From NCBI GenBank assembly GCA_050261115.1, contig JBLNCY010000003.1, positions 1 through 64,000 of the forward strand: a stretch of DNA of 64,000 nucleotides, given 5' to 3'. Origin of the DNA: Methanocella sp. (GTDB lineage Archaea; Thermoproteota; Bathyarchaeia; Bathyarchaeales; Bathycorpusculaceae). Below the pieces are notes generated by a model, which saw only the letters and a list, made by a program, of their open reading frames with translations, was not told the DNA's origin and made no database searches. Positions 1-9,298 of this stretch are shown here, piece by piece. Numbering within the stretch: position 1 is the first letter of the stretch; each line of letters starts with the position of its first letter. The position numbers and the translations under genes were made by a program.

Positions 1-1
1 T

Positions 2-148
2 GCGGTGTGGTCGGGTTATTATGTGGTGAATGGGTCGTCTGTTGTTAGTTTGCCTAATCGTTGGTTGCAGTATGAGGCTGTGCTTTCTACTACGAATGCT
101 CAGGTAACACCCATATTAGACAGGGTAATAATAACGTGGTCCACCTAA
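2..148 (+). CDS. 3' end of a gene truncated by the window edge; probably a large secreted or surface protein
   Basis: Open frame from base 2 to TAA at 146-148: AVWSGYYVVNGSSVVSLPNRWLQYEAVLSTTNAQVTPILDRVIITWST. The 'RWLQY..L.T....TP.L..V.I' ending resembles beta-sandwich C-termini of secreted proteins. Confidence 0.55.
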   Translation, partial: AVWSGYYVVNGSSVVSLPNRWLQYEAVLSTTNAQVTPILDRVIITWST

Positions 149-227
149 ACCTAAAACTAACATGTACAAGCCCAAACCAGGCCAAAAAGGACTCCAGTAA
201 CAAGAAAACAGAAAATCATTTGACAGG

Positions 228-1862
228 ATGACAAGCATGCAAAAGTCACTAGAAATGGGACAAATCTCTGCAGCAGGCGGCTTCCACATTTTCTTTGGAA
301 GAATTCTCTCAACGATAATAATGGCAGTTGGAACTATCGTCTTAGGCGGACTCATACTACAAAGCGACTATGGACTATACACTATAGCGTTAATTCCAGC
401 AACCACCCTTATGCTCTTCCAAGATTGGGGCGTTAGTACTGCCCTGACAAGATACTGTGCCAGATGTCGAGAAACCAATAATTTTTCCGATTTACGCAAG
501 ATAATAACTCGCACAATCCTTTTCCAGGTAGCAATCGGCGTAATACTCGCAGCACTCTTAATCCTCCTCTCGCCCCTCATCGCACAAGCACTTTTCAACA
601 AACCCGAATCAGCATTTCTCATCGCGCTATCCTCATCTGTAATCCTCTTTTCAGCTGTTTCAGCCAGCCCATCAAGCGTTTTTGTGGGTTTCGAACGAAT
701 GAAGCCCAGCATCATTGTGCTATTAGTTGGCGCACTACTCCAAAGTGTAACAGCACCTGTGCTAGTAGCCTTGGGGTATGGTGCCTTGGGTGCCGTTGTA
801 GGCTATGTTGTTGGCATAGTAGCCTCTTCGGCTATATCGATAGGTCTCCTGTATTATTTGGTACTTCGGCGCCTGCCAGCATCAAGCAGTCACGCACCTT
901 TCCTACCTACCCTCAAATCATTCCTTTCCTTCGGCGTCCCATACGCAGCCGCCACCCTTGTAGGCGGACTTGGCGTACAGTTTGTCGGGTTCATGATGGC
1001 AACCTACTGCGACACATCAACAATCGGCGTTTACAAAGTGGCCACGAACTTTATGGTTGTCTCAGGGTTTTTTACAATACCCATCACTACCATGCTGTAC
1101 CCAGCGTTCTCTAAAGTTGACCCAATAAAAGAGCGGTCGCTTCTAAATTCGGTGTTTACTTCATCCACGAAATATGCTTCTCTGCTTTTGGTACCTGCAA
1201 CGTTAGGTATGATAGCGCTTGCTGACCCATTAATTTCAACTTTGTATGGCGTGAAATGGGCTCAGGCACCTCTGTTTTTGAGTATATTGGTATTATCTGA
1301 TTTGTTAGTTATTTTCGGAAGTCTAAGCTTGCCGAATCTGCTTCTTGCATTAGGAAAAACCAAGTTCTTGTTCAAAACCAAAATAGTTTATCTGGTGGTT
1401 TCGGTAGTTTTGGGTTCGATTCTCATTCCAACGTTTGGGATGGCGGGTGTTCTGTTTGTGTCCTGTATCTCTGGGGCACCCACTGTATTCATTTGCTACT
1501 ATTATGTTTGTAAAAAGAACAATTTCTCGGCTGGTGTACGAACAACCGTAAAAATACTGGGGGCCTCATTGGTGTCTTTTGCTGGAACCTTGCTGTTTGT
1601 GTTTTATTCACCCCTCGCATCCCTTCTGAATTTGTTTGTTGGGTGTTTGCTTTTTGTGGGCATGCTATTGTTTGCGCTTCCCAGCTTTGGAGCAATAAAC
1701 CAAACCGACATCGAGACCCTGCGCATCATGTTCCGCAGCACAGGATTCATATCAAAATTCATAGATGTCCCGCTGCTCATAATGCAGCGAATAATGCACT
1801 ATCTCCCCGATTTCCCATTAAAAATCGCCGACCCGAAAAAAGCACAAAAACCTACTAGCTAA
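228..1862 (+). CDS. Wzx/MATE-like oligosaccharide flippase (polysaccharide biosynthesis protein)
   Basis: 544 aa with about 12-14 hydrophobic segments; 'DYGLY...FQDWGVSTALTRY' N-terminal pattern; next to glycan-modifying genes. Confidence 0.85.
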   Translation: MTSMQKSLEMGQISAAGGFHIFFGRILSTIIMAVGTIVLGGLILQSDYGLYTIALIPATTLMLFQDWGVSTALTRYCARCRETNNFSDLRKIITRTILFQVAIGVILAALLILLSPLIAQALFNKPESAFLIALSSSVILFSAVSASPSSVFVGFERMKPSIIVLLVGALLQSVTAPVLVALGYGALGAVVGYVVGIVASSAISIGLLYYLVLRRLPASSSHAPFLPTLKSFLSFGVPYAAATLVGGLGVQFVGFMMATYCDTSTIGVYKVATNFMVVSGFFTIPITTMLYPAFSKVDPIKERSLLNSVFTSSTKYASLLLVPATLGMIALADPLISTLYGVKWAQAPLFLSILVLSDLLVIFGSLSLPNLLLALGKTKFLFKTKIVYLVVSVVLGSILIPTFGMAGVLFVSCISGAPTVFICYYYVCKKNNFSAGVRTTVKILGASLVSFAGTLLFVFYSPLASLLNLFVGCLLFVGMLLFALPSFGAINQTDIETLRIMFRSTGFISKFIDVPLLIMQRIMHYLPDFPLKIADPKKAQKPTS

Positions 1863-1936
1863 AAAACGGCCAACTCGCCAGCTAAGGAACCTCATGAGAC
1901 CTTCAACTTATATGTGATGCTAGGAGTTGTAATCGT

Positions 1937-2911
1937 ATGCGTGAGTTGTTTTTGACTTTTGACGTTGAGGATTTCATAAGCGAAAACTCAACTCAAGCCC
2001 TAAAATTCATGATAGAAAAACTAGACGCATATGGCCTTAGGGGCCTATTTTTCATTACAGGACACATGGCTGAAAAGCTAAGAGCTCACCCCGAGATAGT
2101 AAAGCTCTTGGGCAACCACCAAATCGGGTACCACTCCTCCTCTCATTCCGTTATCCCTTCTATTTTCCATTTTACTGACGTCACATCATACCAAGCAGCC
2201 ATAGAAAACTCTCGCCAACGAGAAATCTCCCATATCGACCCCCTAACAGGCGAAATCAAGGGTCCCGGCGGGATTGAGGCGCTAAGAGAACTCTTTCCAA
2301 CCAAGACAGTTACTGCCTTTAGAGCGCCTGGGTACTGCTGGCATCCGGCCCATCTAGAGGCCCTAAAAGAGTTGGGTATACGGTACGATTTTTCGGCTGA
2401 TGTCTCTTCGCGTCCGGTGGTTTTCAAGGGGTTTGTCTTTTATCCTTATCCTGTTTTGCCGTCAAACTGGCTAGGAACAAGATACCATTATCGTTTACTT
2501 TTAAGAAAAATGTTAGTTCACAAGACTACTGTATTGACGTTTCATCCAAGCGACTATGTTAACGAGACCTTCTGGGATTCTATCTATCGTGAAGCTAACC
2601 CGGATGCGCTTGCTGCGCCAAAACCTCTGGATGCTCAAAGGTCCGCAGCGATGCTAAACGGGTTTGATCTGCTGCTAAAAAGAGTAAAATTGCTCTCAGG
2701 TGTTGGTGCTCTAAAGGTAACCCCGCCACTATGCCAAAACCAAAAACAGCTACGCCCGACTAAAGGGGTTGCTGAAAGATGCTACCAAAGAAGCATCGAA
2801 TGGGCAATTTACAGAAACTATAAGCCACAGCATATGGAGAGTCATTTCTACAGGTTTTTTAGTCTTAATCATGTTAGTTGTCTATCAAATGGTTTGAGTG
2901 AATTTTCTTGA
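1937..2911 (+). CDS. Polysaccharide deacetylase family (CE4/NodB-like)
   Basis: Motifs LTFDVED, IGYHSSSH, FRAPGY, YDFS, FHPSD. Confidence 0.85.
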   Translation: MRELFLTFDVEDFISENSTQALKFMIEKLDAYGLRGLFFITGHMAEKLRAHPEIVKLLGNHQIGYHSSSHSVIPSIFHFTDVTSYQAAIENSRQREISHIDPLTGEIKGPGGIEALRELFPTKTVTAFRAPGYCWHPAHLEALKELGIRYDFSADVSSRPVVFKGFVFYPYPVLPSNWLGTRYHYRLLLRKMLVHKTTVLTFHPSDYVNETFWDSIYREANPDALAAPKPLDAQRSAAMLNGFDLLLKRVKLLSGVGALKVTPPLCQNQKQLRPTKGVAERCYQRSIEWAIYRNYKPQHMESHFYRFFSLNHVSCLSNGLSEFS

Positions 2912-4101
2912 TTCTTGATACGCTTAGATATCGTGCCCAGCACTTAGATGAGCAGTGGTATTTCGAGAAGTTGTCTTTGTACTTGAAGGATAATTTGCCC
3001 CGGGGCATTGAGGGCTTGCCTGTACCCGTCGAGGGTCTGGTTCTTAGGGATGTCTCGAGGATTGGCGGGGGATTGTATAATGACGTTCTTTGTTTAACCC
3101 TCTCAGATGACCAAGGTTCCCCCTATCGGTTGATTTTGAAAACCTACCGGCCTTATTTGAATCATCGAATAGTAACCTACGACAAAGAAGAAGAACATTC
3201 CAGATACACGAGGGAATTTGAAGCGTTAAGGTGTCTCTATACCAACAACTTTCCCTGCCCAAACGCCTTGCTCTGTGAACCGGATGATCGCTATATTGGT
3301 TATCCATTCGTAATAATGACTTACGAAGCTGAAGTGATATCGCGCGCAAAGCTTGGCGTAAAAAAGAATGCTAATCTATTTCTTGATAGCTATGCCGCTC
3401 GTTTGGCAGAGCTACACAATCTCCAAATAAGCAAGGTGAACATAAAAGGCCTCTCGGAGCCCAGTGACGAGTTTAGTTTCGCCAGAAGTTGGCCCGTCTC
3501 GCTTAGGTATTTCTTAAATCTTGAGCCTAAGCACAAAAGAGACGTTTCTGACCTGTTTGATCGCGCCTTAGACTGGCTTGATAGACATGCTGATTGTAAC
3601 CCCTGCCATTCGTATAGCATACTTCACGGCGATACGCACCCAAAAAATTCAATGATGACCCAAAACAGGGGATTAATCTTGCATGATTTTGAAGATGTCC
3701 TAATAGGGGACCCTGCATACGACATAGCCAAAACCTACCACTTCATTAAATTTTTTAACTCCCCCAACAACCCTGACAATGCTGAGCGGGTTGCACAGCA
3801 TTTCCTAAGAAAATACTCTGAAAACGCTCACTCTGACTTCAAATCTAGGCTCAAATTCTACGAGGTGGTTGCTATGTTAGAGATAGTAATCCCATTTAGT
3901 TCAAGCATTACAAATCCAGCGCGAGCGTATCATTATCATAAACGAAAAGTTGCTCCCTCCGTTCCGCCACTTCGTGCCCCGATTATTCTATTGACTTTTC
4001 CATTTCTCCACTGGTCGTTTGTCGCTCAACAGGTGTCTGCAGATGGCGCATTAAGTTGGTTGCGGTATTTCTCTAATTGGATGAAAAATAAAATACTCTA
4101 A
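2908..4101 (+). CDS. Aminoglycoside/choline phosphotransferase (APH-like kinase)
   Basis: GGGLYN loop, LILK, HGDTHPKN (Brenner motif), DFE, GDPAYD; start overlaps the upstream stop. Confidence 0.8.
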   Translation: MILDTLRYRAQHLDEQWYFEKLSLYLKDNLPRGIEGLPVPVEGLVLRDVSRIGGGLYNDVLCLTLSDDQGSPYRLILKTYRPYLNHRIVTYDKEEEHSRYTREFEALRCLYTNNFPCPNALLCEPDDRYIGYPFVIMTYEAEVISRAKLGVKKNANLFLDSYAARLAELHNLQISKVNIKGLSEPSDEFSFARSWPVSLRYFLNLEPKHKRDVSDLFDRALDWLDRHADCNPCHSYSILHGDTHPKNSMMTQNRGLILHDFEDVLIGDPAYDIAKTYHFIKFFNSPNNPDNAERVAQHFLRKYSENAHSDFKSRLKFYEVVAMLEIVIPFSSSITNPARAYHYHKRKVAPSVPPLRAPIILLTFPFLHWSFVAQQVSADGALSWLRYFSNWMKNKIL

Positions 4102-4812
4102 CTTTGGCTTTTTTGCGTTATAATCTCATAATCGAAACCGTTGTGCATTACACTACTGCCTATTAGCGAAACTAGCGCTCTCTTTTTGCTTAGTGCCGAA
4201 TCTATCGCAGTAGTAATGTTTGCGGCAACCTGCGCCTATCGCCATCGCCTTATACCCAATCAAAAATTAAGTCCTTATTTAACGCAGTTGTTTCAGCGTA
4301 CTGACTCCGGGTCGGCTAACAACTGCCTAGTTGTAACTCTATATAATTCTACTTTGCCCACCCATAATGAGAATTTAGCGGGTATCCTCTTCACATTTGG
4401 TTTTGTGTTTAGATTGTTGTGTTAGTAGGTTTTGTTGTTTGGCGTACTCCATGGCGGCGATTGCTTGCTGGGTTTGGGTTTCTTGACGCTGCCGGTCGTG
4501 AGGCTTCGATTGTTTGGATTGGTCGGATGATCTGTTGAGGAGTTTGTTGGCTCATTAGGAGGCGAGGAATGCTGAGTGTCCGCAGATGGTTATGTTTAGG
4601 GATCCTTTGTCAAGGAATCCGAATCAGTGAATTTTGTCGTGGGGTAATGGGGGGCGGGGATGTTGGTGTGCGGAGGGATTCGATTGGTTATATAAGCTAG
4701 TGCTTATGTTTTTCTTTTTTTGTTTGGATAGGTTTTTATTTTTGGGTGTTTATTGGAGTTGTAATATTTCGGACAACTTATAGTTGATAATTAGTTGAGA
4801 AGGGAGAAAGGG

Positions 4813-5133
4813 ATGAACCTAAAACTATGTGCTGTCAAAAACATAGGCGCCAAGCAACCCCACGAACGTATCCAACTAGTCGTAGTTGACCTCGATAAAA
4901 GCAAACGCTACCCCCTAAACTTTGTCTGCGTTCTACCCAGATATTTCCGCATACTAGAAAGACGCAGCAGCAAATTCGCCAAAATCTTCGGACCCAAAAC
5001 ACTCCCAACCGCACGAAACCTCCTAGAAGAAGCCGCCCATGCTGAAGAAGACCCCGAAATCAAAACCGTCATAAAAAAACGCATCAAAGACATAGACGCA
5101 AAAGCCTACAACCAACCCCAATCGCAAAACTAA
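4813..5133 (+). CDS. Hypothetical protein
   Basis: Clean ORF with A/C-rich codon usage; GGGAG upstream of ATG 4813 (ORF track opens at 4795). Confidence 0.65.
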   Translation: MNLKLCAVKNIGAKQPHERIQLVVVDLDKSKRYPLNFVCVLPRYFRILERRSSKFAKIFGPKTLPTARNLLEEAAHAEEDPEIKTVIKKRIKDIDAKAYNQPQSQN

Positions 5134-5273
5134 CACCAACCCTTTTTTAGAAAGTCAAAATTGCAGTAACGTCTGCTGGCATCCGCAGTTTCGGCAGGTT
5201 GCTTTCTTTGTTTATGGACCGTTGGCTATTGGAAATGCTACTATTCATTGGGGCGGCCTGATTCTACGCATAG

Positions 5274-5334
5274 CTGCTGCTCTGCCGAGGACCCTCCTTA
5301 TATATAGACTCAGCAACCGCGGGGGCGGGCGGGG
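5274..5334 (+). repeat. Dispersed intergenic TATA-core/inverted-repeat element, copy 1
   Basis: CTGCTGCTCTGCCGAGGACCCTCCTTATATATAGACTCAGCAACCGCGGGGGCGGGCGG; closely matches the reverse complement of 52382-52444. Confidence 0.85.
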
Positions 5335-5562
5335 CGTTTCTGGGTGTTTGCTGTTTTTTGGGGTTGAGGGCTGTGTGGGTGTTGATTGTGTTGGTTGCTG
5401 GTTGGGCGTTTGTTTCTGGAAAATGTTCTGTGTGTATTTGGTGGTCTTTGCCAACACGAGAAGCATTAGAGAGCAACAGTCCTGTGAATACCTTATTTGG
5501 CGACATTTAGCGGGAGACAAACACTAAATCTTTCTTCACACACAAACCTATCGTGCATAAAA

Positions 5563-6294
5563 ATGCCGCCAAGTAACGTTTTTGATGCGATGGGGCAGTT
5601 TTGGACAGAAATCGCCGACAAGAACCAAACCCAAGTACAACTATCCCTACTTAAACGTCGCCTGCCAGGGGAAGGCCTAATTTTAGATGTTGCCTGCGGA
5701 ACCGGCCGCCACACAATCCCCTTAACACAAGACGGTTATGTTGTTGTGGGGCTGGATGTCTCGTTAAATTTGCTTAAAATTGCTAAACATCGAGGGGCCG
5801 CTTTTCTGGTTAGGGGTGATATGCAGTTTTTGCCCTTCAAACAAGATACATTTACTGCAGCGTTTAGCATGGACACTAGCTTTGGGTACCTTCCCTCAGA
5901 AGAGGCGGATAGACATAGTTTAGCGGAGGTCAGACGGGTGCTTATTTGTGGGGGACTGTTTGTGCTTGATGTGTTTAACCGTGAGCACATAATCAACAAG
6001 TATGCCTCGGGTCGTCTGGTGCGGGAGCGGTGGGAGTATCCCAGCTTCTTTTTGGAACAAGAACGAAGCGTAAGCGAAAATGGCGGCAAACTCTACGACC
6101 GATGGGATATATATCCTAAAGATGAGGGGCAAATTAGGCATTTTGAGCATGGTGTCCGCTTATACCAACCCCTGTGTCTGGCCGAGTTGCTAACGTCTGC
6201 TGGTTTTGTGGTGTCGGCTACTTTCGGTGGCTATGAGGAGCAGCAATTTAGCTCTACAAGCTCAAGACTCATCATTGTTGCAAACGCCAAGTAG
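5563..6294 (+). CDS. Class I SAM-dependent methyltransferase
   Basis: ILDVACGTGRH motif I, GLDVS, GDMQFLPF; ATG 5563 preferred (ORF open from 5497). Confidence 0.85.
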   Translation: MPPSNVFDAMGQFWTEIADKNQTQVQLSLLKRRLPGEGLILDVACGTGRHTIPLTQDGYVVVGLDVSLNLLKIAKHRGAAFLVRGDMQFLPFKQDTFTAAFSMDTSFGYLPSEEADRHSLAEVRRVLICGGLFVLDVFNREHIINKYASGRLVRERWEYPSFFLEQERSVSENGGKLYDRWDIYPKDEGQIRHFEHGVRLYQPLCLAELLTSAGFVVSATFGGYEEQQFSSTSSRLIIVANAK

Positions 6295-6340
6295 ATATTC
6301 TGTTCAGAGGTTTTCGGGCCAGGTTTAGTTGGGTTTACGC

Positions 6341-6356
6341 AAAAAAGTTATAAACT
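6341..6356 (+). promoter_or_regulatory. Putative BRE/TATA promoter of htpX
   Basis: AAAAAAGTTATAAA about 35 nt upstream of ATG 6388. Confidence 0.5.
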
Positions 6357-6387
6357 TGCCCAGAAAGTCATTTGATGGGGATATTTC

Positions 6388-7377
6388 ATGAGCGCTTGGA
6401 AGCTCTACTTCTCGATGGCTACGACTTTAGCAGCAATCTTTGGGTTAACTACTCTTGGCTTTGTAGTAGTCCTGACGTTATTTGGTTACGGCATAAGCTT
6501 GTGGGCTATCGGCGTCCTAGTGGTGCTCTTTAACGTAGTGCAATGGCTCATCTCACCATACATTGTGGGCGCAATGTATCGAGCTAAACCGGTTTCTGAA
6601 AGCGAAAACCCCCAGCTGCACCGAATGGTTAGTGAGCTTAGCATAAAAAGTGGAATCAAAAAGCCCCAGATAATGCTTGCTCGTGTGCCCTTTCCCAACG
6701 CCTTCGCTTATGGTTCGCCCTTAACGGGTAGTCGGGTCGCCGTAACCGAGGGACTTCTAAACAGTCTAAACGCTGGAGAAGTTGAAGCAGTTGTAGGACA
6801 CGAATTAGGCCACCTTAAGCATAGGGATGTGCAGGTTATGATGGTGGTCTCCTTTTTGCCGGCGCTTTTCTACTATATCGGTTACTCGCTTATGTGGTCA
6901 GGTATCCTTGGCGGCGGAAGAAACAGAAACGATAACGGTGGCGCAGCAATCATTGGCATCGGGTTAATGGTGTTCTCGTGGATACTTACGCTTTTCACGT
7001 TGTATCTAAGTCGCCTCCGCGAATACTATGCTGATAGGCATAGCGCAGCTATCGTTGAGAACGGCGCAGAGAAACTATCGATGGGCTTAGTCTCTATCGT
7101 TGAGGAGAGCAAACGCGCCAGCAGATTTAGAAAGCAGAACGAGAAAACCAACACCTCATTCAAAGCGCTCTTCATCGCTGATCCTGATAGAGCCAGTGTT
7201 GATACAGAGCAACTGCATAGCACAGGCTACGGTGACAAAAAGCAACTACTAAGAGATACCCTTGCAAGGGAGCCCTCGTCAGGTGAGAAGCTGCTCGAGA
7301 TATTCTCTACCCACCCAAATATGATAAAGCGTCTACGGGCCCTACAAGAGCTGAAGAAAAATCAAAGAAAAGATTAG
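6388..7377 (+). CDS. htpX: Membrane zinc metalloprotease HtpX (M48)
   Basis: PNAFAYG, GHELGHLKHRD (HExxH), SRLREYYAD, FSTHP. Confidence 0.92.
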   Translation: MSAWKLYFSMATTLAAIFGLTTLGFVVVLTLFGYGISLWAIGVLVVLFNVVQWLISPYIVGAMYRAKPVSESENPQLHRMVSELSIKSGIKKPQIMLARVPFPNAFAYGSPLTGSRVAVTEGLLNSLNAGEVEAVVGHELGHLKHRDVQVMMVVSFLPALFYYIGYSLMWSGILGGGRNRNDNGGAAIIGIGLMVFSWILTLFTLYLSRLREYYADRHSAAIVENGAEKLSMGLVSIVEESKRASRFRKQNEKTNTSFKALFIADPDRASVDTEQLHSTGYGDKKQLLRDTLAREPSSGEKLLEIFSTHPNMIKRLRALQELKKNQRKD

Positions 7378-8006
7378 AAGTATATGTCGGGGTTTCGGTT
7401 GCTTAGGAAGGGGTTGACTCTTTTTTCTTCCCCTATCATTGAGGTTTCCCCGTGGCCAGGGTAGATTAGCAGGTTATCGGGTAACTGTTCGAGTTTCTGC
7501 AGGGAGCGATTCATATCAGACATGGAGCCTTCGGGAAAGTCGGTTCTTCCGATTCCGCCCGCAAATAAGGTGTCTCCGGTGAAGGCTAACCGATCGCCCA
7601 CCAGGCAAATGCAGCCGCGTGTATGCCCAGGGGTATGGAGCACGGTTAGGGTTTCTTTACCGAATTCAATTAGGTTGCCCTCTTCGAGCAGAATGTTTTC
7701 TGGTGCGTTACCTTTTGGCAGATTATCTAAAAAGTAGGCATCTAGTTTATGGATACAAATGGGGATCCTATATTTTTCTTGAAAAATCGCGTCGCCCTTG
7801 ACGTGGTCGTTATGCCCGTGAGTGTTAATGATGTATTTCACTTTTAGCTGGGCTTGTTCGATGTAGTCGATTATGGGTTGTGCTTCTGAGGCGTAATCTA
7901 AGCCGGGGTCGATGATTATAGTTTCTTTTGTATCGTGGCAACTGGCTACATAGCAGTTGGTTGATAACATACCTACTGTGAACGTTTCAATTAGCACACA
8001 AATCAA
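7374..8006 (-). CDS. MBL-fold metallo-hydrolase (glyoxalase II-like)
   Basis: THGHNDH, HTPGHT, FTGDTLF, PGHG. Confidence 0.9.
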   Translation of the reverse strand: MICVLIETFTVGMLSTNCYVASCHDTKETIIIDPGLDYASEAQPIIDYIEQAQLKVKYIINTHGHNDHVKGDAIFQEKYRIPICIHKLDAYFLDNLPKGNAPENILLEEGNLIEFGKETLTVLHTPGHTRGCICLVGDRLAFTGDTLFAGGIGRTDFPEGSMSDMNRSLQKLEQLPDNLLIYPGHGETSMIGEEKRVNPFLSNRNPDIYF

Positions 8007-8059
8007 CCCTCACAGTTACTATGTTTGATGTGTAATAAAGAATTTTGCTTTTCAAACCA

Positions 8060-8305
8060 TCAACATGTGGCGAAAAGGATGAAGGGTGTTTTTTTGTTCT
8101 CGTAGGTTTTAGGACGTCTAACCAGTTTCTGCTGGGCATTCATGGTCCGAGGTGATGACGTGGCGGCGTAGATTTTTTGGAGGGCTTCGTTTACGGTTTG
8201 GGCGAATTCAACGCTCAAAGTGTGGTCGAGTTCTTTTAGGATGGATTCGGCCGCTGGGTCATCGCCAACGAGCAGCTCTCTCACTGTAGGATTCTGCACA
8301 GCCAC
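8060..8305 (-). pseudogene. Degraded response-regulator receiver domain
   Basis: Joining frames gives RELLVGDD...VEFAQTVNEALQKI / HVITSDHE / MPSRNWLDVLK / NLREQKN / TPFILF. This follows the REC pattern (DD...EAL...D.IVSDY.MP..NGL..L...TPFILF) with several frameshifts. Confidence 0.6.
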
Positions 8306-8590
8306 GAATTGTTCCTCGCTAAATGCACTGCTTCTATGTACTGTGCCAGTGTAACCATGGTTAGTAACTTCTGTACCTTTAGATAATTAGCGTTAGTATG
8401 CTCCTTACACACTTATCCTTTACAGCATAAACCCCTATATTTCTATTCGAAGCCCCTGTTGTAGGCATCATGCAGTCACAAAAGACAAAGACGGACGCTA
8501 AGGATATCTCCGCTCCCCTTTTTTAAGAGAAAAGTTTAAGGGCGAATAATTCTTTTACATGCGAGTATTTCCTATTTGAGGGTTTGTGGT

Positions 8591-9145
8591 TTGAGTACTA
8601 CTAAACAATTATCAATCGAGGAACGGAAAGCTGAAGTCCTCATCAAACTAAGAAAGTATAAACTTGTAGAAAAACAGGCCTACGAAGGCGCCTTTGCATA
8701 CATAATTGACATTCCCCAGGATAAAGAACGCGCCATAGTCTGGTGTATCCTTGGCGAAGCCACCGTCGGCATCGCAGCCATGAACACCCTCTACAAGGTT
8801 ATGAAAGAAAAACAGCTTGAACGAGCCATAGTCGTAACTGAGGGACGCTACACCCACGCCGTCAAGCTGGGCGCAAAAAAGAAGAATGTCGAGTTACTGC
8901 CAAAGTCTTTCCCTGTCTTTGACATTTTTGAACATGCACTTGTACCCTATCATGAAATCCTAAGCGAGAAAGAAAAGAAAGAGCTCCTCGCAAAATACAA
9001 AGTGCAACCCTATCAGATGCCTCAAATCCGATCAGGTGATCCAGCAGTCAAAGCCATCGGCGCGCAACCCGGCGATGTCCTTAAAATTACAAGGAAAAGC
9101 CAGACTGCAGGCGAACACGTGACTTACCGTTACGTGGTCGAATAA
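8591..9145 (+). CDS. rpo5: RNA polymerase subunit Rpo5/RpoH with an RPB5-like N-terminal domain
   Basis: C-terminal [11 protein letters not shown]...[41 protein letters not shown] is canonical RpoH; about 110 extra N-terminal residues. Start TTG at 8591 or 8576. Confidence 0.92.
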   Translation: MSTTKQLSIEERKAEVLIKLRKYKLVEKQAYEGAFAYIIDIPQDKERAIVWCILGEATVGIAAMNTLYKVMKEKQLERAIVVTEGRYTHAVKLGAKKKNVELLPKSFPVFDIFEHALVPYHEILSEKEKKELLAKYKVQPYQMPQIRSGDPAVKAIGAQPGDVLKITRKSQTAGEHVTYRYVVE

Positions 9146-9298
9146 ACAACTTCTTTCTCTTTTCTTACACTTCCAAGTATATCAAAGACGCTCATTTGTT
9201 CTTAGAATACGATCGGGCTGGAACCGTAGCTGTACCTGAACCTTTACCTGTTGCGGTTATTACGCTGCCTAATGCAATCCGCGATTGATAAAAAATGT

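Noticed and set aside
2908-4101. Aminoglycoside resistance gene
   Set aside because: The APH fold is broad, and the glycan-locus context argues against a resistance call.
4141-4790. 94-aa ORF, short minus-strand frames, and a weak inverted repeat (CATTACACTACTGC...GCAGTAGTAATG)
   Set aside because: No recognisable motifs, frames interrupted by stops, and a strongly skewed low-complexity background. Could be a gene relic, but not supportable.
5222-5527. Three overlapping ORFs (101, 91 and 80 aa)
   Set aside because: Products of the G/T-rich tract next to repeat copy 1; composition is not protein-like.
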